From positions 15,376,001 to 15,440,000 of the forward strand of contig CM069163.1 of the NCBI GenBank assembly GCA_035221665.1: a stretch of DNA of 64,000 nucleotides, written 5' to 3'. The position numbers were made by a program, and so were the translations under genes. Positions 41,197-53,539 of the stretch are shown piece after piece (the first letter of the stretch is position 1; each line of letters opens with the position of its first letter). The notes under the pieces were generated by a model that worked only from the letters and a program-made list of their open reading frames with translations, ran no database searches and was not told the origin of the DNA. This DNA is from Okamejei kenojei (lineage: Eukaryota).

Positions 41197-41851
41197 GCCA
41201 CATTTTCCCATCTCCTCCCCTTTCGGCTTTCCGCAGAAACCGCTCCCTCTGTAACTCCCTGGTCAGTTCGTCCCTTCCCCCCCCCCAAACCACCCCCTCT
41301 CCTGGCACTTTCCCTTGCGACCGCAGGAAATGCTACGCTTGTCGCTTTACCTCCCCCCTTGACTCCATCTAAGGACCCAAGCCGTCTTTCCAGGTGCGGC
41401 AGAGGTTCACCTGCACCTCCTCCAACCTTATCTATTGCATCCGCTGCTCTAGGTGTCAGCTGCTCTACATCAGTGAGACCAAGCGTAGGCTTGGCGATCG
41501 CTTCGCCCAACACTTCCGCTCGGTTCGCAATAACCAACCTGATCTCCCGGTGGCTCAGCACTTCAACTCCCCCTCCCATTCCGAATCCGACCTTTCCGTC
41601 CTGGGCCTCCTCCATGGCCAGAGTGAGGCCCACTGTAAATTGGAGGAGCAGCACCTCATATTTCGCTTGGGTAGTTTACACCCCAGCGGTATGAACATTG
41701 ACTTCTCCAATTTTAGGTAGTCACTGCTTTCTCCTTCTTCTTGCCCCCCCACCCCAGTCTGAAGAAGGGTCTTGACCCGAAACGTCGCCTATTTCCTTCG
41801 CTCCATAGATGCTGCCTCACCCGCTGAGTTTCTCCAGCATTTTTGTCTACC
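41197..41851 (+). mobile_element. Penelope-like element 3' part: GIY-YIG endonuclease and terminal repeat
   Basis: FTCTSSNLIYCIRCSRCQLLYISETKRRLGDRFAQH...VAQHFN...KLEEQHLIFRLGSLHPSGMNIDF*, followed by the pLTR motif. Confidence 0.92.
41759..41786 (+). ncRNA. Minimal type I hammerhead-ribozyme-like core in Penelope pLTR
   Basis: CUGAAGA-A-GGGUC(UU)GACCC-GAAA-C-GUC: catalytic boxes, stem II and a palindromic ACGU helix III. Helix I is weak (about 2 bp), so activity is uncertain. Confidence 0.55.
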
Positions 41852-42741
41852 TATGATTCTGATAGAGGCACTTTATGGAAATCCCCCAAGATTGGTTTCA
41901 CATATTATAATGTAACTGAAGCCACATCTCCACTCGTACTAATTGCTGTTCCTGAATCTGTATATCCTCGGAATATACTTAGGATAGATAATGAGATATT
42001 TACTCAGTTGAAAAATATTATAATTTGTTGCACATCATAGCGACATTCCACTTTGCCTTGTCTAAATGTCATTTCATTTTCATTCATCCAGGCTTGACAC
42101 AGGTCTACATTGCTCCCCAAGTAGTTAACAACAAATGGAATAGAATTGGCACCAATAGACTGGGAGTAAAATGTAGATAATTCACCGTCATTGTTGAACC
42201 AGTATGGAAAAGGAATTAAAGTAAAATAGAACATGTTGTGAGAACTACGTTTCCACACAGAAGTGCCAAAGCCAGTTTCCCTGCTGCAATATTCACAATT
42301 GAAGAAGGGGGTTGACCAAAAATGCTTTATGTATATTGGAAGGGTAGTATCGAAAAGAACAGGAACCTTGTTCCAAATGCAAAGGGGATGGATTCAGAAA
42401 GAATAAATAACTGTGCTCTCGAGGAAAGAGAAGGTAGTAATTATATTGTAAAGGAATCTAACACATTAAATGATTTAATAAAGTCTGGATATTAATTTCA
42501 CCATGGGACAATTAAAAAAAAATAGAGAAACATTTATTTAAGCAGGTATTAGAAAGTTGTTTCTATAAGGGGTGATGAATATCTGGAGCATTCGGCCACA
42601 TTGGGTGTTAGATAAACTCCCCTGTGGGGTGATCAGAACTGCAGAAATTACAAGAAGGTGAACGATGGTCAAATGGTCTATCCTCAACCTTAACTGTTCT
42701 TGTGCCTTTAAGTAAAACATGTTATTTGGCCTTTGTTCTAG

Positions 42742-43805
42742 GGCGCAGTGGTGCCTCTAACAACTGGGCCAAAGGTCACTACACTGAAGGTGCGGAACTG
42801 GCCGACTCTATTATGGATGTGGTGAGGAAGGAGGCCGAGGGGTGTGACTGTCTCCAGGGATTTCAACTCACTCACTCATTGGGTGGTGGTAGTGGTGCTG
42901 GCATGGGCACTCTCATCCTTAACAAGATTCGTGAAGAATACCCTGACAGAATGATGCTCGCTTTCAGTATTATTCCATCACCCAAAGTATCAGATGTTGT
43001 AGTTGAACCGTACAATGCGACCCTGTCAATTCACCAGCTCATTGAGAATACAGATGAGACATTTTGCATTGATAATGAAGCTCTCCACGATATTTGTTTC
43101 CGAACTCTCAAACTTACCAGCCCCACGTATGGTGACATGAACCATTTGATATCTGCCACGATGAGTGGTGTAACCACCTGCCTTCGCTTCCCTGGCCAGC
43201 TCAACGCTGACCTCCGTAAACTAGCAGTGAACATGGTCCCCTTCCCTCGCCTGCACTTTTTTGTGCCCGGCTTTGCTCCTCTGACCAGCCGTGGTAGCCA
43301 GCAGTACCGCGCCATCACCGTGCCCGAGCTCACCAAGCAGATGTTCGATGCTAAAAACATGATGGCCGCCTGCGACCCTCGGCACGGCCGCTACCTGACC
43401 GTTGCCGCTATTTTCCGGGGCCGCATGTCCATGAAAGAAGTGGACGAACAGATGCTGAACGTGCAGAATAAAAACAGCCCGTACTTTGTGGAGTGGATCC
43501 CGAACAATGTCAAGACGGCTGTGTGCGATATCCCACCCCGAGGACTCAGGATGGCCTCCACTTTCATCGGCAACACGACAGCCATCCAGGAGCTGTTCAA
43601 ACGCATCGGTGAGCAGTTCTCGGCCATGTTTCGCAGGAAAGCCTTCTTGCACTGGTACACCGGCGAGGGCATGGATGAGGCCGAGTTCACCGATGCTGAG
43701 GCCGACATGCTTGACCTGATAGCTGAGTATCAGTATTACCAGGAAGTTAAAGTTCATGAACAACCTGAGTATTATGTCGATGAAGACGAGGAGGAGCAGC
43801 CCTGA
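42742..43805 (+). CDS. Beta-tubulin gene 2 exon 4 ([12 protein letters not shown]...GGGSGAG...[20 protein letters not shown])
   Basis: ttgttctag acceptor in the correct phase, open frame to TGA at 43805; within ORF 42702..43805. Confidence 0.96.
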
Positions 43806-43897
43806 ATATGGCTGACGTGAGAGTCCAACTTGTAAGAGGGAGGCGCCGTCTTTCTTCTGCACTATTCAAGTCTCATTTCAATACTGATTGAACTGCA

Positions 43898-43903
43898 ATT
43901 AAA
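43898..43903 (+). terminator. Candidate variant polyadenylation signal (ATTAAA) of tubulin gene 2
   Basis: First PAS-like hexamer, about 90 nt after the stop codon. Confidence 0.3.
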
Positions 43904-44879
43904 GTTGCCTGACAGCTCTCATAGAGTATTGACTTGTTAAGATTAGAATTAACATGTGCTTTTTAACATTGCCTGTATAGGCAGGAGAAACACTACAGCC
44001 CATTTTGGGTTCTTATCCCACACAACTCTATCAGTACATTTCTACAAGCCCTGAAATGTGATGCCTGCATTGGTGAAGAAGGTGAGTACTTCCCATTGTT
44101 ATACGAGGTTTTTCTCACAACTGAAAACTTTTATATTATGTTGTAAAATGTTTACATGAGCTAAGGAACAGGGAACTTGTATTTCTGCAGCATCTGCCAT
44201 GATATCAGGGTGCTGAAAGTACTTTGTTGTTAATGAACTGCTTTTGGAAGTTCAGTCATTCTTATAATGTAAGAAACAGAATCATTAATTGCATACCATA
44301 ATGTCCCATAAAAATGTACGTGTAACATCCAGATAATTTGTTTAAATGTAGGAAGGAACTGCAGATGCTGGTCTAAATCAAAAATAATCTTTAGAAGTCT
44401 CGACCATGTGGAGAGAGAAACAGCATTAACATGTCAGGTCAATGCCTTTTATCAGAATTGGAAAATTAAAAGAAGCATGTTTAAATTGCAGACTGTGGGA
44501 GGGTGGAGACTACTAAGAATATCAGTGAGGGAGTGTAAACCTGGGTTGTGCAGATGACATGTTTGCTTTCAATGTCATCTGAGAGAGGAGAATGAATTAT
44601 GTTTAATTGTAGTTCATCTGTACGGAGATGTGTACCCTGAACAAAATGAATTGGGGTAATTGGAGACAAAAATAAAACAATGATTCTAATATGAAGAACA
44701 CTGAAATTAGAGGCAAATGTCGAGAGTGTTTTATTGTCAAAGATAAACACACAAAAATGGAGTAACTCAGTGGGACAGGCGGCATCTCAGGAGAGAAGGA
44801 ATGGGTGATGTTTCTTGTCATATGTCCCAAAAGGAACAATGATATTGTTACTTGAAGCAGCACAACAATGTAGTTCAGA

Positions 44880-45270
44880 GCTTATTTGGAGGTTGTAGTA
44901 TTTAACATCCTGATGGCTGTAGGGAAGAAGCTGTTCCTGAGCCTGATCATTACAGTTGTCCGGCTTCTATATCTTCTTCCCGATGGCAGGAGTATGTGGC
45001 CATGGTGGTGTGGGTCTCTGATGATGCTGGCTGCCTTTTTTGGCAGCGACTTCTGTAAATCCCTTCGATGGTGGGGAGGGGAGAACCCGTGCTGGGCTGG
45101 ACAGTGTTCACCAAAGATCATAGAGCTCATGATCTTTGGTGTTCACCACGTTTTGCAGTCTTCGTTGCTGAACATTCAAGTTGCCAAACCAGGCCATGAT
45201 GCAACCAGTCAATATGCTCTCTACTGTACACCAGTAGAAGTTCAAAAGAGTCCTCTCTGACATACCAATG
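44880..45270 (-). mobile_element. Rex1/Babar-type LINE 3' fragment
   Basis: FYWCTVESILTGCIMAWFGN and LPSGRRYRS..RNSFFPTAIRMLN on the minus strand. Confidence 0.85.
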
Positions 45271-45329
45271 TAAGAAGGGTATTGCAATAATCTTGGGTTT
45301 AGGTTTAATAGTGTCATGTGCACCAAGGT

Positions 45330-48100
45330 ACAGGCTATTTTAAATCCAGTTTTGTGAAGTGAAAAATGGTTAATTGAAGATCAAGTGGTTAAGAGGTCTT
45401 TTGGGAGCAGAGACCATAACGTGATGGAATTTTATGTTAAGATTCAAAGTGATTCTGAACCAGTGTCTTAAATCTGAATAAGGCAAATGGAAGTATAAAA
45501 TGGTTTTGATACATTAAAGCAATTACATTGAGGAGATGGGTCTCAACCCAAAACGTCACCCATTCCTTCTGTCCAGAGATGCTGCCTGTCCCGCTGAGTT
45601 ACTCCAGCTTTTTGTGTCCATCTAAAGTAATTACATTGACAGGTATGAGAGCACACAAACAATGGCAAACTTTCAAAGAATTAATACGTGGTATATATAT
45701 CCCTTTAAGGCAAAATAAAACTTAATAGGACAAGTGGTTTATAGCTGCGCCTGTCAGGAAAAGTTAAATAATGTATCAGATCAAAGCATTTTATATTGCC
45801 AAAAACAGTAAATCAAATGCTTGGGAGAATTTCAGAATTCAGCAAAAGGAGGCACCGGACATTGACAAGGAAAGTACAATAAATTTGAGAGCAGCTCACA
45901 AGATAAATCAAAACAAATTGTAAAAATCTTTTATATTTGTGTAAAAAGGAAAGATTAGTCAAAGTTAGTATGGATCCCTGACAGGCTGAGACAGAAGAAA
46001 TGATATTTGGGGCAGAAGGAAGTGGTAGAGAGTTAACACAAATATTTAGTGTTTGACTTCATGGAAGAACACAGAGAAAATTCTCTCTCAAATAATACTC
46101 TCCAGGTTCAGGATAAATGAGGGCATCACAGGAATTAGCATGATTTTTTGTTTTAAACTTGTATTGGAGAAATGAACAGTAGTGAGAGGCAATAAGTTCC
46201 CAGGACCTGATGACCTGCATTGTATGGCTATAAAATAGCTGGCTGTGGGTGCTCAGATAGTCATCTTTCAACATTCCATGGTTCCCACAGATTAGAAAGT
46301 AGCAAGTATAACCCCACTTTACAAGAATGGAGAGAGAGTGAGAAAACAAGGAACAGTTAGCCTGACATGATTTGTGGGAAAAATGCTGGAATATTAAGGT
46401 CACGGGGCAGTTAGAAAATAATAGTGGGCTCTGGCAGAGTCAACATGGTTTTATGAATGGAAAATCATGTTTGACAAACATGCCCAAATTGTTTGAGGTT
46501 GAAACTAATGGAATATACAAGAGGCAACAAATTGACACGGTACTTTTGGATTCTCAGAAGCTCTTCATTAAGTTGACACAGTTGTCATTAAATGAACCTA
46601 GACTACACAGTCAACGAGTAATAGGAGGAACTGCAGATGCTGCTTTATACCAAAGATAAACACAAAGTGCTGGAGTAACTCAGCGGGTCAGGCAGCGCTG
46701 GAGGAAAAGGATAGGTGACGTTTTGGGTTGGGACCTTTCTTCAGACTGAAAGGGGGGCCCCCAGTTTGCTCCCCCTCACCCACCCAAGTTCAGCCTGAAG
46801 AAGGGTCCTGACCCGATGCAACATCCCACTTCTGACATACATTCAGTGAATGGTAGGGCTCTGGGGAGTGTTTGGGAGCAGAGGGATCTAGGAGTGCAGC
46901 AGCATGGTTCCTTGAAGGTGGAGTCGCTGGTAGATAGGGTGGTCAAAAAGGTTTTGGCACATTGGCCTTCATCAGAGTTTGAGTACGAAAGTTGGGAGGT
47001 CATGTTGCAGGGGTATAAGACTTTGGTGAGACCGCATTTAGAGTATTATGTTCAGTTCTGGGCACCATGTTATAGGAAAGATGTTGTCAAGCTGGAAGGG
47101 TCTGAGAAGATTTATGAGGATGTTGCCAGGATTGGAGGGTCTGAGCTATAGGGAGAGGTTGAGTAGGCTGGGATTCTATTCCTTGGAGTGCAGGAGGATG
47201 AGGGTTAATATTATAGAGGTGTATAAAATTATGAGAAGAATAGATCAGGTAGATGCACAGAGGCTCTTGCCCAGAGTAGGTGAATCAAGGACATAAGGTG
47301 AAGGGGAAAGGATTTAAGGGGAATCTGAGGGGTGACTTTTTCCACACAAAGGGTGGTGGGTTTATGAAACAAGATGCCAGAAGAGGTAGTTGAGGCAGGG
47401 ACTATCCCAACAGTTAAGAAACAGTCAGGTACATGGATAGGACAAGTTTGGAGGGATATGGACCAAACACGGGCAGGTGGGACTAGTGTAGCTGGGACAT
47501 GTTGGCCGGTGTGGGCAAGTTGGGCCAACGGGCCTGTTTCCACACTGTATCGCTCTATGATTCTACTCTGTGCTTATTCTGCAGAGATGCTGCCTGACCC
47601 ACAGAATTACTCCAGCGCTTTGTGTCTACACAGTCCAAGTTGTATAGCACATAAACAGGCCCTTCATGCCACCGCATCCAACACAACCATCATGTTTATC
47701 TGTACTAATCCCCCATGCCTACATTAATTACATCTCCTTCTAAAGAAGGGTCCCAATCCAAAACATCACCTATTCATGATCTCCAGAGATGAGGGGAATA
47801 AATAGGGAGAATGCAAAAAAAAAAAAGAGTCTTTTTTTGCAGAGTAGGGGAATCAAGAACTGGAGGCCATGGGTTTAAAGATGAGAGGTAGAAGATTTAA
47901 TAGGAATCAGAGGAGCAACTTTTCACACAGAGCGTGGTGGGTATATGGAATGAGTTACTAGAAGTATTGAGGCAGTTGGACAAGTACATGGATGGGAATG
48001 GTTTAGAGGGATATGGGCCAAACACAGGCAAATGGAACTAGCTTAGATGGCATGGACAGGGCAGGCCAAAGGGCCTGTTTCCATGTTGCATTACTCTATG
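45330..48100 (+). mobile_element. Cluster of fragmented CR1/HER1-type LINEs with interspersed pLTR repeats
   Basis: SQHGFMNGKSCLTN, EQRDLGV, YKTLVRPHLEYYVQFWAP, LSYRERLSRLGFYSLE and CR1 3' tails. Confidence 0.85.
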
Positions 48101-49229
48101 ACTTTCGGACTGTGTTGTGGTCATTACAACCAACACTATCATGTACAGATGCATGTCACAGATAGATCGGTGAGGATAGGATCAAGTCGGTTTCTCCCTC
48201 ACTACCCACTGCTCACCACTCTCCGACTTGAAATGTTGATTCTGTTTCTCAATAATCTGAAAGTCAAAATCTGGAGTGAAGTATTCTAATCTATTTGGTT
48301 TAAATTTATAGTCTATCAATGAGAAAGGACAACTCTAAATGTATAATTATTTTCAGCAAATGAATAAACAACAATCATTAAATAATTGTCACGTCAAAAA
48401 ACAGTAATTGATGGAATTCAATGCTCATCCTCAATGTAGTATGTTGTTTTGAGCAAGTTAATCTAAAAGAGTGTCAAGTCAAGTGTTTTTTTTTAGTCAT
48501 CTGTCCCAAACACAGCAACGCATAAAACTGTATCCCAATGTAAGATTTATTTTCATTTAAGTTTAATAAGTAATGAAATCATTGTGAGTAATTGGTTCCC
48601 AAAAAAAAAATCAATGGAAGACAAACATTTTATTCAATGTAAAATGCATAACTTAACCTAATGTAAAAGTTAACCAAAATTGAGGGGAAAACCGCGAGCA
48701 CGAAGATTTTCACTTAATAGCAGAAATATTTCAGAACTTCCCAATTTCCCCAAGAGATCTTGACAGAGTCTGGGATAAGGGGACCTTCCCTTTATCCAAA
48801 AACCTGTACAAGACCATAAGAACATAAATAGTAGTAGGAGTTGGCTATCCAGCCCTTCAAGCCTGCTCCATCATTCATCAAGATCACACTGATTTTCCAC
48901 CTCAGTGCCATTCTCCTACACTATCCTTGTATCCTTTGCTTCCCTTAATGTCCAGAAATCTGTAAGTGTTTTGAATGAACACTCTATAATTTGCAAAGGT
49001 TTACCACACTAAGCAAAATAAATTCTCCTCATCTCAATCCTAAATGGCCTGACCTTTATTCACAATCTGATCCCCTTGTCCTAGACTCTGCCAACAGTGA
49101 AAATATTCACCATAGTTCAAGACTATCAAGCTCTTTAATGATTTTTTTAAGACATTTCGGTGAAATATCCCCGTTCTTTTAACCTCTGGAGAATCCAGTC
49201 CCTACTCAAGGTTTTCTTACACAGATAGA

Positions 49230-49790
49230 ATATGTGGTGGATTAGTGTCGCAACAACAAACCCTTGCTCAACGTCAGAGAGGTGAAGTTGGGAGATCTCG
49301 TGCCAATTTCCATTGGTGGGTCCGTGGTGGAGAAAGTTCACAGCTTCATATTCCTGGGTGTTAACATGTCCTGGGTCCAGCACAAAGATGTAATCACAAA
49401 GAAGACCTCTACTTTCTTAGAAGTATAAAAAGATTCAGTGTATCGCCTAACGCTCTGACATACTTCAACAGATGCACTATAGAAAGTATCCTGACTGCAT
49501 CATTGTCTGGTATGACAATTCCAACACACAGGAATGCAAGCGGCTGCAGAGAGTGAATCCTGCCTAGTCCATCACAGCCACTGCCCTCCCCACCACAGAA
49601 AGCATCTGTGAGGCGCTGCCTCAAGGGCCCACATCAGTCATCAAGGATTCCCATATCCAAGCCACAATGTCCTCTCACTGCTACCATCAGGCAAAAGGTA
49701 CAGAAGCCTGAAGGCCCACACCACCAGGTTCAGGAACATCTACTTCCCTACAATCATCATCTTCTTGAACTAATCAATACAACCCTTAAT
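49230..49790 (+). mobile_element. Degenerate Rex1/Babar-type LINE 3' fragment
   Basis: Homologous to 18700-19320 (RCTIESILT and ctaccatcaggcaaaaggtacagaagcctg). Confidence 0.7.
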
Positions 49791-51722
49791 CCCAATGGAA
49801 TACTACAAACCACCTTTTCTTCTACTGTGTACTTGTTTTCTGATTATCCTTTTACACCACTTGATTTTTTGCAGTTATTTTCTTTTTGCTGTCTTTGCTA
49901 CTTTATGTATGATTGATAGACTTGCGTCTGTGTGCCTGCAAGATTGCTCAAGCAAGATTTTCCATTTTACCTGTACCTCACCGTACATGCATATGGCAAG
50001 AAATACTTCAACTTCTTTCTTGGGAGGGAGGCTGTCGGTACACAGTACAGCTGGTTAATTCTCAACAAAAACCTGCACAACTGCAATAAGATTTCCCCAA
50101 CACCTGTATTCAAAGCCTTTCATAATAAAGGTAAATATACTAATTGCACTCTCAATTGCTTGCTGAAGCTGCATGTTGGTACAAGTACTTAAGTCCCTTT
50201 GGATATCAACACTGCCTAATCTCTCCCTTTTTCACAAATGCCCTGTTTTGTTCCTGTTATGCTCAACGCAGTAAATAACTTATGTTTCCACATTACTTTC
50301 TATCTGCCATCTATTGTCTACTCACTCGACTTGACAACTTCCTCAAAGTCTCCTTCCATCCTCCATTCTGCCTTTGGCATTAAATCTCTTCCTCTTCTAA
50401 AGTCTAATTGTCTCCTTTCCCTGGAGTAGTCCATCGCTCCCAGTGACTTCCAAACCCAATATGCCATTTTCCCCAGATCAGGAACAATACTACTTTTCTC
50501 AAGAGGGAATCTGGAATAAGGGGACGCCCATTTAAGACTGAAATGAAGGTGTATTTCAAGTGTATTTCAAGTTCATGAAAAGATGAGATAGATGCATGTT
50601 TGAATTATAGGAGTGTTTTAGAATCAGGCAGAGAAGATGCCAATGTCAGATCAGTTGTCATTTTATTGAACCAAGGAACAAGTTTAAGGAGCTGATTCCC
50701 ACTCCCATATCCTCTGATCTCTCGAGACCTGGAAGCCCGAGGAGATCTCTCCCATCCTGCAGAACCTGGATTTATCCAACCCCTATAGCAAGCACAACCC
50801 CTCCCTTGCCAGAAGGTGACCAGACTTTCCCCCACAACCTGTATGTTTGCTGATCTCCACAAGAAACCAAACAGTGCCCCCATAAACTGAGGAGAATCCC
50901 TCTCTGAATGTGACCAGATCGTTCTCTTAAAGATCTACCCAGCTCTCTGCCCACTCTTCCTCTGAACGCATCCAGACCTTGCCAGAGACTGACAAGGAAT
51001 CCTTTCTTCCAGAATTCAGTCATCCTCAAGGCTACCTCCTTCCTTTAATGACTTACCAATCTGTCATCAGAGTACAAACAGAAGACAAGGGTAATATCTA
51101 ATTGTCCTCAGAGTCTGATCAGGACTCTTTCATTGGAGATTAAATGTTTCTCTCCATTCCTGCTCCCTGACCCAGAGGCAAATCCGAATCCCCAAAGATA
51201 AAGCAGGCCCCAATATTCCTGGGACAGTTCAGCAACCTAACTGCTAAACTAACTAAAACTAACTGGAGCTCGTGTCTCCCCTTCAGGCAGATCTGACCAG
51301 ACTTATATTATTGTAATTCAAACAATGACCTACCAGACACTGATCCCCTGAATCTGAACATTCCCAACCTTCATAGACCAAACAAAGCCACAGCTCAACC
51401 TAGCATTTATTTCATCCACAGAGAACAATCAAACTCTGCTCTCCCAGAGACCAAAGAGATCAATAATCCCTCTCCCGTCCCCACCATTCTGGAGACCAGA
51501 ACCCTCCGGTCCTCCAGAAACCAATTAAATCCCAACTTCACCCATAGACATGGATTTCCCGTGCCCCCCACCCCACCCCCAGAGACTGTGCCTCATACAG
51601 ACTAGGGCCATTGCCTCCCCCGAGATTAAATTTACATCCCTAGAAACAGACTGGAACCTGCAGCCTCTCCCCAGTGTGACTGGTCAGACCTCCCTCTCTC
51701 ACCCTTGTAGGCAGTATCCCGT

Positions 51723-51907
51723 CTAGTATTTAGTGCACTCCACCTCAAAAGCTACCTTCTTAGCAGCCCTTGTTGGTGTGCAGCTGGTATCTTCAGAACA
51801 AGATGATTCCTTAGAGTCAGTGATTTCTGGCTTTTGCGGTTCCACAAAACACAGAGGGAAAATGCCGATTTTCCCATTGGAATGTCCCTCCAGCCACTCC
51901 TCGTTCA
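51723..51907 (-). CDS. NOXA1: NOXA1 last coding exon (VNEEWLEGHSNGKIGIFPLCFVEP...CTKY*)
   Basis: ttgcag acceptor in phase 1, second half of SH3, TAG stop at 51723-51725. Confidence 0.9.
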
Positions 51908-53045
51908 CTGCAAGGCAACACATTAATGTAAGAAAAAGCTTCTTGAAAGGAAAATGGTATTAATGGGTTGACAGCAATTCAGGAGGAGAGGGTAGAAATG
52001 TAATGTCAGTTTTGCAGGGCTTCACTGTTGTACTATTAATGCAAAGTTATATACTATTATAGTATATCGACAGCAAAGACTATTTATGAGGTGGGCGGAA
52101 CGGAAAGGCAGTATGTATCGAGAAAGAGGGCGGAGGTTCTACTCACAGCGGAAGGGCAGCTTTGTAAGGACACTGGAATAATGGGGAGAAACAAGGATGG
52201 TGGGATTCTCTATAAAAAGGTAGGGTCTGCAAAGATGGAGCAGAACTTGCATTGATGAGGGAGGTGGGGGGCTGTATTTGTGCGACTAAAGCCACAACCA
52301 TGAATTTGTTCCAAGTTGCACATCATCCTACCTTAGATACATGGATAGGGAATGTTTGGAGGGATGTGTCTGCAAAATGCAGACCAATGGGATTTGTTCA
52401 GATGGGCATCTCGGTCAGCATGGATGAGTTGGGCTTCAGAGCAGGCTTCTGTGCTGTAGTACTTTAATTTCATATTACTGGTCCTTCATTGTCATTGAGT
52501 TGTGGTGAAAATACGTTCGTAGCACTGCGCAACCCCCTAACAGCTCTGAGGGAGAGCAACTTCATCGGGACTACAGTGCTTCAAGGAGGCATGAAACAAT
52601 CTGAAGAGTTCTGAGAGCTTAGAACCATTTCACAGCTCCCCCAAGACAGGTCTCCAAGAGGGTTCTTGCACAAAAGTGAAGAAATAAATTCTTCATAATA
52701 TCTTGAGCAGTTTGAATATCTCCCTTGCTGTCTACACATTCTAGTTATGCAGAAGGTGATTTAGTGTATGGGCAAATGTCATCACAGGAGTGGTGGGGGT
52801 GGGGGACAAAGGTCATTATTGACCTCTTACACACTGCAGCAATCTGGAAAGGATGCTTAATGAAGGACCCTTCCCCATCAAGAGAACCGCATGCCTTTAT
52901 ATTCCCATATGAATGGATGCATGGCAGGGGGAGGGGGGAAATAAGATGTGGTTGACTTGATGGGAAATGGTCCTTCATAGATCTTGTTTGTTTAGAATGT
53001 GGTGGGCTACATGTGAATGGTAGATTAAGACAGATTACAATTTAC

Positions 53046-53169
53046 CTTCAGACAACACATCAATGACATCGCCCACATTGAATTCCATATCCTCAGGACC
53101 TTCTCCACTGTAGTTATAGATGGCTAGGGTTCTGAAGAGCACATGGCGGCCAGCCAAAGGGTCTGTAGG
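53046..53169 (-). CDS. NOXA1: NOXA1 exon, SH3 first half (PTDPLAGRHVLFRTLAIYNYSGEGPEDMEFNVGDVIDVLSE)
   Basis: ttattag acceptor chosen for phase 0 compatibility, gtaaat donor; GPED.EF..GD motif as in NOXA1. Confidence 0.88.
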
Positions 53170-53539
53170 CTAATAAAGGTTTGTGTTACAATAGTGTTTA
53201 GTTGTGATTGAATATAATGTGAGGATGTGAGCTTCTCAGTCAGTATCTGTGTCCTGTGCTGTGTAAATCAATATCTACCAAGCGAAGTCTATGTACAGTG
53301 AGGGGGCACGCACTGCAGTGTGTACTGCAGAGAAGGTGCAGGTGCAGAGACGATGCATGCACTGTGCATTACAGAGAGAGTGCATGAAATGCACTGTACA
53401 CTGTCATTATTGCATGTGCATATTGCCTTTCCTAGGTACTCCAGTATACATGTCACACTTTGTATACACATGTGTACATATTACACTTTGTGTGTACACA
53501 CTGAAATCTCAGATGTGTGTTGTAAATATGCATGTCCCC

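Noticed and set aside
42702-42741. N-terminal extension [13 protein letters not shown] of ORF 42702..43805
   Set aside because: Intronic polypyrimidine tract read through from a non-ATG start; the true exon begins at 42742.
43031-43862. Antisense ORFs up to 213 aa opposite tubulin exon 4 (also 12576..12947)
   Set aside because: Expected shadow frames of a GC3-rich coding exon; no recognisable protein motifs.
51723-53169. SH3 exons as SH3D19 or NCF2
   Set aside because: The upstream PB1 and activation-domain exons place it in the p67phox family. The SH3 sequence, lack of an intact central SH3 and linkage to TUBB4B favour NOXA1.
53290-53535. TGCA/TGCATG-rich tract as an RBFOX splicing enhancer for NOXA1
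   Set aside because: Most TGCATG copies are on the plus strand, antisense to NOXA1; low-complexity purine-pyrimidine repeat is the simpler explanation.
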